A stretch of 64,000 nt of DNA, from IMG/VR virus record IMGVR_UViG_3300005841_000936, positions 17,560 to 81,559 of that record. The stretch is one strand, 5' to 3'. The translations under genes and the position numbers were made by a program. The notes below the pieces were generated by a model. That model made no database searches, was not told where the DNA came from, and worked only from the letters and a program-made list of their open reading frames with translations. This DNA comes from a virus. This document shows positions 36,780 to 46,225 of this stretch, in pieces; the stretch's first letter is position 1, and every line of letters begins with the position of its first letter.

Positions 36780-37194
36780 AGAAAACCTACTCAAACTCGC
36801 CGAGTATCTCGACAAGATACCGACCGACTACAAGCACTTCGGCATGGAATGTTTCATGGTGAACGACGAAGGTTGCAGCATCGAAGTCGATGAGGTGACC
36901 AAAGCGTCATATCAGCATTGTGGCACCGCCGCTTGTGCTGTCGGACATGCCCCGCTTGTTAAGGGATTGGAAATTCGCCCGACGGACTGCGATTGGAATG
37001 ACTATTGCGAGCGTATTTTCGCCATCGATCCATTTAGCTCGAAATTCGAATGGATGTTCGGCGGCTCTTGGCATCATTCTGATGACACACCCGCCGGCGC
37101 CGCCAAGCGCATTCGTCACTTGATCGCCAAAGGCGTTCCCGCTGGTTTTACCCGCCCTGATCCTTGCTGGATCGAGGTGTACGCCAATGCTTGA
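36772..37194 (+). CDS. Hypothetical protein with CGTxACAVGH motif (tandem paralog 2)
   Basis: Start MHKENLLKLA; both paralogs end in E.YANA. Confidence 0.8.
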   Translation: MHKENLLKLAEYLDKIPTDYKHFGMECFMVNDEGCSIEVDEVTKASYQHCGTAACAVGHAPLVKGLEIRPTDCDWNDYCERIFAIDPFSSKFEWMFGGSWHHSDDTPAGAAKRIRHLIAKGVPAGFTRPDPCWIEVYANA

Positions 37195-37489
37195 TATTGC
37201 CAGCGCACTGCGCGCCAAGCAGGTCCTGTCGTTCGAATACGATGGGAAACAAAGAATTGTTGAGCCCCACGCCTACGGCCGGAACTCGAAGGGTGACTAC
37301 ATCCTCCGTGGTTACCAGGTCGACGGTGAGAGCAGTACGAGCGCGCGTGCTTGGAAGCTGTTCAGCGTCGCCAAGATCGAGGACCTCGAGATCGCCAACG
37401 ATCTGGAGTCCGAAGCCCCGCGCGAAGGCTACAAAATGGGTGACCGGCAGATGGCTGAGATCCTGGCTGAGCTGGAGGAGGCTGCGTGA
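37187..37489 (+). CDS. Stand-alone WYL-domain protein
   Basis: 'LSFEYDG..RIVEPHAYG.....ILRGYQ.....WKLF.V.KI' WYL pattern. Confidence 0.8.
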   Translation: MLDIASALRAKQVLSFEYDGKQRIVEPHAYGRNSKGDYILRGYQVDGESSTSARAWKLFSVAKIEDLEIANDLESEAPREGYKMGDRQMAEILAELEEAA

Positions 37490-37734
37490 CTGAAAAGGAA
37501 CATATGGATGATCTTCGTGCTGCTCGTGGTCTGCCTCCGCAGACGCGGGAGAATTTGATGGAAAGCGTGGCAGCTGCACGTTGCTACATTGATCGTGCAT
37601 CAGGCACGACAAATGTCAGCTCTCAAAAAGAGCTCGAGCTTCGGGCCTTCATGTCGATCTTCCATCCAGATCATGAGCTCACAAACGCTGCACCTTGCGA
37701 ATTCAGGAACCGGTTCGGTTGTGACCAAGACTGA
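37486..37734 (+). CDS. Hypothetical protein
   Basis: GGAGG SD, GTGA-coupled. Confidence 0.55.
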   Translation: MTEKEHMDDLRAARGLPPQTRENLMESVAAARCYIDRASGTTNVSSQKELELRAFMSIFHPDHELTNAAPCEFRNRFGCDQD

Positions 37735-37904
37735 AGCCCTCGCCGCAGCCTTAGCCGCCGGCGCTGACCTGAAGGACATCCAACAGGAAAGTCGCCTCTG
37801 CAAGCGCATGTCAAAAGTCGTTTTGAAGAACATGATCAAGGCCCTCCAGCTCCACCCTTGGAACAACACCAAGGCCGATTGGACGCGCCTTGCGGGAGCT
37901 ATGC

Positions 37905-38204
37905 ATGCCTAGGTATCACATAGACGTTTGGCAGGACGAGAGCATCTGGTCCTGGGCGGGCCTCGCCAACAGCGAGGAAGAAGCTGAGGAGTTCGCTCGC
38001 CGCCAACTCAACGAAGACTGGGAGCAGGAGTACGAGACGTGGGACGATCTCGCCTCCGACATGAACGGTACAGCCCTGCTCTACGCAGACAAGCCGGGCA
38101 TCGAAGCGCTGATTGCTGAGGTCAAAAATCTCCTTACTCACAGCCACCGCCCGGCGCTCGAGAAAGCTCTTCAGGCCGCTGAGTCTGAACTCAATAAACT
38201 CTGA
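37905..38204 (+). CDS. Hypothetical acidic protein
   Basis: Likely start MPRYHIDV. Confidence 0.6.
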   Translation: MPRYHIDVWQDESIWSWAGLANSEEEAEEFARRQLNEDWEQEYETWDDLASDMNGTALLYADKPGIEALIAEVKNLLTHSHRPALEKALQAAESELNKL

Positions 38205-38551
38205 TGAAACCGCGCAACCCCTTCGCCACCCGCTCCCACCCGACGCGCGTGATCCCCAACAAGAAGCGTGATGTCCTGCCTGATGTTGGGATCACGCGCC
38301 GTCTAAAAGGTGTGCAAATGACACTTAGCCCTTGGCAACAAGCCGTCGCCAAAACCTACGGCAACGGAGACTTTGCCCATATCACCAGCGTCGATGAAGC
38401 GCGTGAGGTGGGCGATACCCTATTCCTCTTCCTGATGATTGAACTCGACGAGAAGGAAGGCTGCGACAGTGCGCCCGAGGCTGGGATTCGACTGAACAAT
38501 GCTCTTGGAGACGTCGAACTCGCGCTCCGGGCGGTGGAGGGTTTGCTATGA
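38204..38551 (+). CDS. Hypothetical protein (start may be internal, MTLSPWQ)
   Basis: Coupled ORF. Confidence 0.6.
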   Translation: MKPRNPFATRSHPTRVIPNKKRDVLPDVGITRRLKGVQMTLSPWQQAVAKTYGNGDFAHITSVDEAREVGDTLFLFLMIELDEKEGCDSAPEAGIRLNNALGDVELALRAVEGLL

Positions 38552-38814
38552 TCGAAATCCAACACATGCTCGTGCTGTCCACGGCACACCTCACCGACAA
38601 TACATGCAATACATTTCTGCCGAGTTACGAGGGTCCGGTCTGGCAGAAGAGTGAGTACGGTTATTTCGTCTACGTCCAGGATGATGATCTTTACGGTGAT
38701 CTTCCCCAGGATCTGATCGACTGTTTTGAATTTGCCCGACAGTACCAGTGCGGCTGGATCATGTTCGACCGCGACGGTCCGACTGTTTCGACTTTGTCGG
38801 AGTATGAGTGGTGA
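38548..38814 (+). CDS. Conserved-looking small phage/plasmid protein
   Basis: 'LSTAHL...EYG.F...FDRDG....L..YEW' motif. Confidence 0.7.
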   Translation: MIEIQHMLVLSTAHLTDNTCNTFLPSYEGPVWQKSEYGYFVYVQDDDLYGDLPQDLIDCFEFARQYQCGWIMFDRDGPTVSTLSEYEW

Positions 38815-39311
38815 TCTTCTACGACGCCGCCGGCACTCTTGTCGCCACCCAGGCCGAGGCCAAGAACCTCGATAAGAATTTCACGAAAATCGACATCCCG
38901 ACCGACAAGGAAGGGCTCCTGACATGGATCAACCATGAACGATGGAGGCTCACGCCTTACGGTCAGCCGAATGAACTAGAACCTTATGGGGAGGCTGGTC
39001 GGGACCAGTTGGCTGTGGAGGGTTCGAGTCCCTCCCCTCCCCAACCATTCCTCGGCCAGACCATGGTCGATGAAGGTGGTGCCGCAGAAATGGCGCAGGC
39101 CCTGAGCGAGACTTCGATCGAGGACCAAATCCTCACCCTCGACGGAGCCGAGTTCGGCCGCGTGCTCACGGCCACGCTGGATCGCCTGGGCGAGCTCAAG
39201 ACCGAGGGCTGGGACATGGTCCGAGCCTTCGCCAAGATGCACAAATCTCGAGGCAACCTCGAGCGTGCGATTGGATATTTATTTTTGGAGGCCAAGCCTC
39301 ATGAGGAATGA
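38811..39311 (+). CDS. Hypothetical protein
   Basis: GTGA-coupled ORF. Confidence 0.65.
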   Translation: MIFYDAAGTLVATQAEAKNLDKNFTKIDIPTDKEGLLTWINHERWRLTPYGQPNELEPYGEAGRDQLAVEGSSPSPPQPFLGQTMVDEGGAAEMAQALSETSIEDQILTLDGAEFGRVLTATLDRLGELKTEGWDMVRAFAKMHKSRGNLERAIGYLFLEAKPHEE

Positions 39312-40041
39312 CGCCCCACTCCGCGTCCTGGTCGCGTGTGAATTCTCCGGCAGCGTGCGGAACGCCTTCGCCCGTGCCGGGCACGATGCTTGGTCCTGTG
39401 ATCTGATCCCATCCGAGGACGATAGCCCGCAGCACATCGTCGGCGACGTCCGTGACGTGCTCAAGGGCAATTGGGACATGCTGATCGTTGCCCACCCTCC
39501 CTGCACCCGCCTCTGCAACAGCGGTGTACGTTGGCTGGATGAGCCGCCGACCAAGCTCAATCCCGAGCATCACACTCCGTACGAATGTGCAGTCTACCTA
39601 GACATGAGCCGGGACGAACGCCTCGCCTTCATGTGGCGCAAGCTCGATGAGGGTGCCGCGCTGTTTAGCGACCTGTGGAACGTGTCTCACATCCCGTACG
39701 TCGCGATCGAGAACCCGGTGATGCACAAGCATGCCAAGGGCAAGATCCGCGGCTACCAGGAATTCACCCAGAGCGTGCAACCGTGGCAGTTCGGCGACTG
39801 GGAAACCAAGCGCACCTGCCTCTGGCTCAAACGCCTTCAACCACTGAAACCGGCCTATGAAACGATCGAGCATGCTCGCATCGGTCTAGGCCTGCCAGAG
39901 GGCGCCAAGCCCTCCAATCGTGTTCACTCCGCCTCACCCGGCCCCAACCGCGGCAAGGAGCGCTCGCGCTTCTTCGACGGCATCGCTGACGCGATGGCTG
40001 TGCAGTGGGGCAGCGCAATCAAGGAAGCAATTTATGGGTAA
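39301..40041 (+). CDS. Phage DNA cytosine methyltransferase-like protein
   Basis: 'RVLVACEFSG', 'AHPPCT' catalytic PC, 'IENPV', 'QPWQFG..ETK.TCLWL'. Confidence 0.82.
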   Translation: MRNDAPLRVLVACEFSGSVRNAFARAGHDAWSCDLIPSEDDSPQHIVGDVRDVLKGNWDMLIVAHPPCTRLCNSGVRWLDEPPTKLNPEHHTPYECAVYLDMSRDERLAFMWRKLDEGAALFSDLWNVSHIPYVAIENPVMHKHAKGKIRGYQEFTQSVQPWQFGDWETKRTCLWLKRLQPLKPAYETIEHARIGLGLPEGAKPSNRVHSASPGPNRGKERSRFFDGIADAMAVQWGSAIKEAIYG

Positions 40042-40306
40042 GCTCATCGCACCCAACGGCGCCGAGATCATTGGCACGCTCGAGCGCCTGGTTGGTCGCG
40101 CCGATCTCGACGGGGCCCTTCGACTGCCTGACGGAACGTTTGAAATCGCCTACGCTGGTCACACCAAAGTCTTCTGGGACGATCAGGTCACGGTCACCCG
40201 CGAAGGCCAGCGCGTCTTCCTCGACGAGGACGGCAACGAGTATCTCGAGCGTGAACTCACCTTGGTTGACGACATTCCCGACGACGATGATGAGGCCGAG
40301 GCGTAA
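40034..40306 (+). CDS. Hypothetical acidic protein
   Basis: Start MGKLIAP, AAGGA SD. Confidence 0.65.
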   Translation: MGKLIAPNGAEIIGTLERLVGRADLDGALRLPDGTFEIAYAGHTKVFWDDQVTVTREGQRVFLDEDGNEYLERELTLVDDIPDDDDEAEA

Positions 40307-40492
40307 CCATGCATGTTGCCATGGCTCAGAGCCCTAAATTTCGATCGGTCAGAAGCCGCTATCTTTTTGCGATGCAGCATTATGGATATCTCGGGTGCAT
40401 TCTCGACCCGGATTTCGACAACGACAATGAAGAGCCGATCACGGCCGAGCCGCTCGATTGGTGCCAGTCTCATACTGAGCCTGCCCCGCATA

Positions 40493-40505
40493 CTGACTGA
40501 GTAAC
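40493..40505. promoter_or_regulatory. Operator motif A (CTGACTGAGTAAC) upstream of rIIA
   Basis: Overlaps the stop of small ORF 40309..40500. Confidence 0.7.
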
Positions 40506-40554
40506 TCGGGCCAACGCCCAAGCAACTTCCCCTAAACTGATTTAGGTCAATCAC

Positions 40555-42705
40555 ATGCAACTCGCGCAAGAAACGCGGGCAGTAGCCCGTGCTGGCGTCC
40601 TCGAGACTGCCAGAGCCACCATCAAAGCCACGCCGAAGATATTCAACTTCTTCGCTGACTCCACTTACGCCAACAAGCCCGTCGCGATCTGCCGCGAGCT
40701 CGTTGCCAACGCCCAGGACGGGCACACCGCCGCTGGCAAGAGCCACATTCCTGTCGAGGTCTGGCTTCCGACCGTGCTGGATCCAACTTTCCGGGTCCGT
40801 GATCAGGGCATCGGCATGAGCCACGAGTTCATGATGACCCGGTTCATGGCTTATACCGACGGCTCGACCAAGGACAGCGACAATAGCCAGATTGGTGGCT
40901 TCGGTATCGGCTCAAAGAGCCCGTTCGCCTACGTCGATCAGTTCACGATCGTCTCCACGCATGATGGAGTGCGCTCGGTCTACTCGGTGTTCAAGGATGA
41001 AGACGGCATCCCTTCGATCGCTCTGCTCGATCAGGCCAGCACCGATCTTCATAACGGTGTCGAGGTCAGTTTTCCGGTCCAGGAGGACGACTTCCTGACG
41101 TTCGAGAACGCAGCCTTCGAAAGCCTCAAATATTTCGACCCACTGCCGATTATTAAAAATTCGATCGCGGGAGCATTCAAGCTTCCCGATTATGTGAGCC
41201 GCGGCAAAGGCTGGGCGATGCGCCTGCAGTCTGGTCCACTGGCAGTGATCATGGGCGGCATTCGTTATCCCGTTGCCACCGCCAACCTCACGCACAAGTT
41301 CGACTATGATAGCCCGGCGCGCAAGCTCCTGGAATATGGTCTCGATCTGATCCTTCCGATCGGGACCTGCTCAGTCGCGTTGAGCCGTGAAGCTCTGTCT
41401 TATGACGACAAGACAATCGTCGCGCTGAAGGATGCGTGCGACCTCGTGATCGAGGAAGTGGCGGCATCGTTCAGCACGATGTTCGATCACTTCGACACGC
41501 TCTGGGAAGCGCGCAGTGCGCTCTCAGCCGAGACAGCTGACCAATATTCAGCGCGTGGAAAGTTCCTGCTCGAGCATGCTCAGTATCGGGGCCAGCCGTT
41601 TGACGTAAAGGTCATGCCAGCGCATTTGGGCACAACCCAAGGGTGGGACGGGAAACCCGTCAAGATCTTCGGCTTCCAGACCTGGACCATTGACAGCCTG
41701 GCGCAGCGTCTCGGTCGGCGCAGCAGCAATCGCCCGCCCTGCCCTGCTGCAAAATGGGATGACGTGGCAGCGACGCGAGGATTTGATCCCTCGAACGTTG
41801 AAGCCCTCATCATTGACGATCTGCCGCAAGAGGCCAAGTATCGCTCCATCCGTCGGATCAAGGATTTTGTTGACGAATCAGACAACGGAAAGAGCATCAT
41901 CGTTGTTCGACCGAACGAGGCCCGGAACCTAACCGTCGAGCAGATCGTCACCGCATTCGAGAACCCGCCGGCGGACATTGTGGTCCTGACCTCGACGCTT
42001 CCGGAGCCGGAGAAAGCTGTTCGAACACCAACGAACAAGCTTCGGCCTCGAGTTCGGATGTTCACCTACGAAGGGCGATCGAACGGCCAGTATAATAGTT
42101 ATACCGAAGTCGGCAATATCACTCCCGGCAAATACGGCCGGCGTGGGGTAGACGAGATTCCGTACATCAACCAACCGCTCGAAGGTATCTTCGTTGCGAT
42201 GGAGAAGTTTGATCTCCCGTATGGCCTATATGATAAGATGCGGGTTGGCCTCGTGGCATGGAGCGAGCTCTATTTCGTCAACCGCAACGATGCCAAAAAA
42301 CTGGATAAATCCAGGTGGCGTAACTTCTTCGACGTGTTCGAAGACCGCCGTAAAGCAGCTGTCGCAGAATATCCTGAGTTGCCGCAGCGTCTGGCTGTTT
42401 CTAACAGCTCTCAGTTCCAGGATCTGTTTAATTATTTTCGGAGCCATGCTCATCAATTGAGCCTGACACCGGCACAGCAGAAGTCCCCGTTTGGCCGCAT
42501 CCTCAACCTTTACCTCACCTATGTCGAACCACTCACTCATGAACAGCTCAAGCTGGCCAAATTTGTCGAGGCCAAATTGCCGGGCCGTGTGAAGCCCGAT
42601 GAGCTCTTGAATGCTTTCAAAACCAAGCAGTGGAAGGCCGCGCGCCTTCTCGAACTCACCACCAATGGATCAGATATTCCACTGATCCTGGAGAATCTGT
42701 CATGA
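40555..42705 (+). CDS. rIIA: rIIA-like protein (GHKL/Hsp90-type ATPase N-terminus)
   Basis: 'RELVANAQD', 'RDQGIGM', 'STK...GGFGIGSKSPFAY'; followed by rIIB. Confidence 0.88.
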   Translation: MQLAQETRAVARAGVLETARATIKATPKIFNFFADSTYANKPVAICRELVANAQDGHTAAGKSHIPVEVWLPTVLDPTFRVRDQGIGMSHEFMMTRFMAYTDGSTKDSDNSQIGGFGIGSKSPFAYVDQFTIVSTHDGVRSVYSVFKDEDGIPSIALLDQASTDLHNGVEVSFPVQEDDFLTFENAAFESLKYFDPLPIIKNSIAGAFKLPDYVSRGKGWAMRLQSGPLAVIMGGIRYPVATANLTHKFDYDSPARKLLEYGLDLILPIGTCSVALSREALSYDDKTIVALKDACDLVIEEVAASFSTMFDHFDTLWEARSALSAETADQYSARGKFLLEHAQYRGQPFDVKVMPAHLGTTQGWDGKPVKIFGFQTWTIDSLAQRLGRRSSNRPPCPAAKWDDVAATRGFDPSNVEALIIDDLPQEAKYRSIRRIKDFVDESDNGKSIIVVRPNEARNLTVEQIVTAFENPPADIVVLTSTLPEPEKAVRTPTNKLRPRVRMFTYEGRSNGQYNSYTEVGNITPGKYGRRGVDEIPYINQPLEGIFVAMEKFDLPYGLYDKMRVGLVAWSELYFVNRNDAKKLDKSRWRNFFDVFEDRRKAAVAEYPELPQRLAVSNSSQFQDLFNYFRSHAHQLSLTPAQQKSPFGRILNLYLTYVEPLTHEQLKLAKFVEAKLPGRVKPDELLNAFKTKQWKAARLLELTTNGSDIPLILENLS

Positions 42706-43844
42706 TTGCACACATACTCACGGACACCAGCCTCACCATCATCGGTGCGGACAGCATCCCCAAGAACATTCCCAGCTCCCATCCAAACTGGGATAAAATT
42801 CTCACCGCGTTGAATGACAACGAGGGCTACGACGTTCTCACGCCGCTGTTCGACCTGCCGGGCGCCGTCATCGCCTACATGGGAAGCGCAGTCAGTGTCG
42901 TTGATGACGTGCTGTTTTTCAAGGATCGGCCGCTCGACAATCTGCTGAGCCGGCGCATCCTGCAGTTCATGAACGCCGGCCAGGATGGTCTCGTTCAACC
43001 GCTGATTGAGTTCCTCACCAAGGTCATGGAGAACCCCAGCTATCGCGCTGTCCAGGGCCTGTTCGAATGGGTCGAGAAGTCGGGCCTGCCAATCGCACCG
43101 GATGGCGACATCATGGCGTATAAGATCGTCAACGCCAACTTCCACGACTACCACACCGGAACTTTCGATCACACGCCGGGCATGATCGTCGAGGAAGATC
43201 GCAACCAATGTGATGAGGACCCAGACCGGACCTGCAGCAAAGGCCTCCACTTTTGCTCGGCTGCATACCTGCCGCATTACTATAACAATGCCGATCGTCG
43301 TGTCGTCGCCGTGAAGATTTCGCCTGCGGACGTCGTCGCCTTCCCGCGCGATTACGATACGGCCAAAGGTCGGACCTGCCGGCTCGAGGTTGTCGCCGAG
43401 ATCGACCGCGAGAAGACCGCGGAGTTCTTTGGTGATGGGTTGGTCTACACGCCAGTCGTTGAAGAAAATGAGTCCGAAGGTCTCGGCGAGATCAAGGTCG
43501 GGGATCGGTTTCGAACCCGCGAGGGTCACATTGTCGAGGTTAATGAAATCGACCATGATGATGTGCCGTATCCGGTTTATACCGACTGCGGGGCCTATAC
43601 GACACACGGCCGATTTTACACCGGTCATGAAGACGGTCGCGACCTAGTCGAACGTATCGACAGCCCCACCTTTACCGTCGGCCAGGTCTTCAAGACCCGC
43701 GGTGGCAACGAAGTAACCGTAGAAGCGGTCTTCCCCGAGGACAGTGACGGTTACGTTGTCCGGATGACGGACGACACCCGTCGTACCGCCAAAGGGGGAT
43801 TCTTTCCCGGTGGTCCGGAAGATGGCGACGATCTGATCCTGTGA
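42702..43844 (+). CDS. rIIB: rIIB-like protein with duplicated C-terminal domain
   Basis: 'LPIAPDG..MAYK', 'CS.GLHFC', 'P.DVV..P.DY...KGRTC'; start MIAHIL. Confidence 0.85.
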   Translation: MIAHILTDTSLTIIGADSIPKNIPSSHPNWDKILTALNDNEGYDVLTPLFDLPGAVIAYMGSAVSVVDDVLFFKDRPLDNLLSRRILQFMNAGQDGLVQPLIEFLTKVMENPSYRAVQGLFEWVEKSGLPIAPDGDIMAYKIVNANFHDYHTGTFDHTPGMIVEEDRNQCDEDPDRTCSKGLHFCSAAYLPHYYNNADRRVVAVKISPADVVAFPRDYDTAKGRTCRLEVVAEIDREKTAEFFGDGLVYTPVVEENESEGLGEIKVGDRFRTREGHIVEVNEIDHDDVPYPVYTDCGAYTTHGRFYTGHEDGRDLVERIDSPTFTVGQVFKTRGGNEVTVEAVFPEDSDGYVVRMTDDTRRTAKGGFFPGGPEDGDDLIL

Positions 43845-44083
43845 AGCAAATTCTCCATGTGGCTCAGTGTGCCATCGCTTCCAATAGGAAGCACGGCACC
43901 AACGAGCCACCGATCATCGTGCGAGACTATCGTGGGTCCGAAAGGGCCCATGAGGTCGAGCTCGTCGTGCGTGGGGAGGTAGTCGGCAAGTTCGTCTACC
44001 GTCCCGACGACCCCTTGCCCTGCGGTGCTCGACTTTGGCTTGAGAGCCAATCCGACACGCTTGAAATGCGGGCTGTGAATTAG
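43841..44083 (+). CDS. Conserved small phage protein
   Basis: 'I..NRKHG..EP...VY.P..PL.CGARLW.E'. Confidence 0.7.
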   Translation: MKQILHVAQCAIASNRKHGTNEPPIIVRDYRGSERAHEVELVVRGEVVGKFVYRPDDPLPCGARLWLESQSDTLEMRAVN

Positions 44084-44108
44084 CCAAATCCCAGAAATTT
44101 TTCCCGGA
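44074..44108 (+). repeat. Dispersed bipartite repeat, copy 2 (upstream of ligase)
   Basis: TGTGAATTAGCCAAA-N5-GAAATTTTTCCCGGA. Confidence 0.75.
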
Positions 44109-44116
44109 AATTTAGA

Positions 44117-45190
44117 ATGAAACATCGCGAAATTTATAAGCGTGACAGCAAGGGCAGGACCCGCGTGTGGTCCGTTGACCAGGACGGTGACGCTTACCGG
44201 ACCCGTGCTGGCATCCTTGGCGGCAACTTGGTCATAAGCGGGTGGACAACCTGCATTGGCAAGCAAGGCCGCACTGACGAGGAACAGGCCACGTTCGAAG
44301 TCGAGGCCGCTTACAAGCACAAGCTCACTCGTGAATATCATGAGGGTTTGGAAGATATCCAATCCGGCGCCCACTTCTTCAAGCCGATGCTGGCCCAGAA
44401 GTTCGAGGGCTTCCCGGGGCGATGCTACGCACAGCCGAAGCTCGATGGCATCAGGTGCATCGCCACCGCGGCGGGCCTGTTCTCCCGCGAGGGCAAGCCG
44501 ATCACCGCGGTGCCGCATATTCACGCGGCGCTCGACCCGATCTTCACGGAGCATCCAGGGATCGTGCTCGACGGCGAGCTATACAATCACGAGTTCCGTG
44601 AGGACTTTGGTGAGATCAGTTCGATTGTGCGGAAGAAGGATCCTACCATCGAGCAGCTCGAGCGCGCTGAGGCCGTGATGCAGTACCATGTCTATGATCT
44701 TCCCTCGATAGGCGACAACCCATTCTGTACTCGCACGGAAGAACTATCGCGACTGCTTGCCGAGCTCGACTGCGCCTGGATCATCCCGGTGCAGACGGTT
44801 CATGTTGGCAGCGCCGAGCTGCTCGATGAACTCTACGGCCAGTGGATCGAGGCCGGCTGGGAAGGACAGATGGTTCGCCTCGACGCACCCTACGAGCAGA
44901 AGCGCAGCAAGACCTTGCTGAAGCGAAAGGAATTCTTAGATGCAGAGTTCGAATGTGTCGCGATCGAAGAGGGCAACGGCAATTGGGCGGGCGTCGCGAA
45001 GCGCGTCAGCTGCCGTCTTCCTGATGGTCGCATTTTCGGAGCAGGGATCAAAGGCGATCGCCGCCGCGCCGCGGAGCTCCTGAACGAGAAGCACAACGTC
45101 GTCACCGTGAAGTATTTTCAGCTTTCACCTGACGGTGTGCCCCGGTTCCCGGTGGTGACTAAGTTTCACGGTGCGGAGCGGACGCTGTGA
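44117..45190 (+). CDS. ATP-dependent DNA ligase
   Basis: KLDGIR motif I, 'LDGELY', 'EGQMVR', 'LLKRK', 'PRFP'. Confidence 0.93.
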   Translation: MKHREIYKRDSKGRTRVWSVDQDGDAYRTRAGILGGNLVISGWTTCIGKQGRTDEEQATFEVEAAYKHKLTREYHEGLEDIQSGAHFFKPMLAQKFEGFPGRCYAQPKLDGIRCIATAAGLFSREGKPITAVPHIHAALDPIFTEHPGIVLDGELYNHEFREDFGEISSIVRKKDPTIEQLERAEAVMQYHVYDLPSIGDNPFCTRTEELSRLLAELDCAWIIPVQTVHVGSAELLDELYGQWIEAGWEGQMVRLDAPYEQKRSKTLLKRKEFLDAEFECVAIEEGNGNWAGVAKRVSCRLPDGRIFGAGIKGDRRRAAELLNEKHNVVTVKYFQLSPDGVPRFPVVTKFHGAERTL

Positions 45191-45441
45191 TTATCTGGTG
45201 CCTCTTCAGCATCGCCAACGACTATGACCAGCCGCGTAATAATCTCGTGACGTGGTGGCAGAAGAAGCCCTCGCTCGAGGCGTTGGCGAAGACCCTCTGC
45301 CATAAGCTTGGCACTGATGACGCGACCACCGTTGCGGTTGTCCATGTTTGGTCTGGCAAGGAAGCCCGCATCGGGGACACCGATTACCGCCTCGAAGATG
45401 TGGCGGAATGTCGGAACCTCGATGAAGAAAGAACTCCGTGA
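45187..45441 (+). CDS. Hypothetical protein
   Basis: GTGA-coupled. Confidence 0.6.
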   Translation: MIIWCLFSIANDYDQPRNNLVTWWQKKPSLEALAKTLCHKLGTDDATTVAVVHVWSGKEARIGDTDYRLEDVAECRNLDEERTP

Positions 45442-45703
45442 TCAACTTCTCCATGCTGCGGGCGGCGCAACGCCAGTTGGTTTGGCATTCATCTTCGGTC
45501 CGGTCACATTCATCCAGGCAGTCATCATCTCACTGGCCCCGGGCATTGCTCGGGAGGTGACCGAGTGGATGCTCGCTCCTCCAGGTCACGGTCACCCGTG
45601 GAGCCGTGGTAGTCTGATCGACTACACCGGCTGGGTCGGCGGCGGCGTTGCCATGTTCACCGCTGTGGTGGCGGTGTCTGCGCTGGTCCTTCATTTCTCT
45701 TGA
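45422..45703 (+). CDS. Hypothetical membrane protein
   Basis: Likely start MKKELRD; hydrophobic segments. Confidence 0.6.
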   Translation: MKKELRDQLLHAAGGATPVGLAFIFGPVTFIQAVIISLAPGIAREVTEWMLAPPGHGHPWSRGSLIDYTGWVGGGVAMFTAVVAVSALVLHFS

Positions 45704-45718
45704 GATCATTACAACAGG

Positions 45719-45973
45719 ATGTTCGACAAAACCCCAGCGCCAGCCGCATTCGCCCCCTCCGAGTATAAAATCGCGGAGGCCCATAAGGATGATGACGGCA
45801 ACGTCACGCATATCGTCCTTCAACTCGACGATGGTCGAATGGTCGGCGCCGCCGTAGCCAAAGACCTTCAGATCAAGGCGAAGGACATTCTCAAATCGTC
45901 CGTCGCCGTGGTGAAGGACGATGGCGAAAAGGATGGCGTGCCAGTCAACCCGATCGTGACCAGCGTCCTGTGA
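45719..45973 (+). CDS. Hypothetical protein
   Basis: 84 aa ORF. Confidence 0.55.
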   Translation: MFDKTPAPAAFAPSEYKIAEAHKDDDGNVTHIVLQLDDGRMVGAAVAKDLQIKAKDILKSSVAVVKDDGEKDGVPVNPIVTSVL

Positions 45974-46215
45974 TAAAAATCTTTCTGGCCCTCTCGCTGC
46001 TCGCCACTCCGGCAGCAGCGGAGGCGCCAGCCTTTAATGCCAGCGACGCCATCTCAGTTTGCCGCAACATGCTCGCTGGAAATAACGATGCACTAGCACT
46101 CGTCGATCCTGTGAACCTTCCTGTCATCGGTAACGTCTGCACCGGCTATTTCGCCGGCATCCAGGATTACATCGCGCTCCGCGAATACGCCGAGCAGAAG
46201 CGAAACTCCATCTAG
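45970..46215 (+). CDS. Small exported protein
   Basis: Signal peptide-like N-terminus; two Cys, 'C.GYF.G'. Confidence 0.6.
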   Translation: MIKIFLALSLLATPAAAEAPAFNASDAISVCRNMLAGNNDALALVDPVNLPVIGNVCTGYFAGIQDYIALREYAEQKRNSI

Positions 46216-46225
46216 GAATTCCCTA

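Noticed and set aside
42537-43628. 363 aa minus-strand ORF
   Set aside because: Antisense shadow of rIIB
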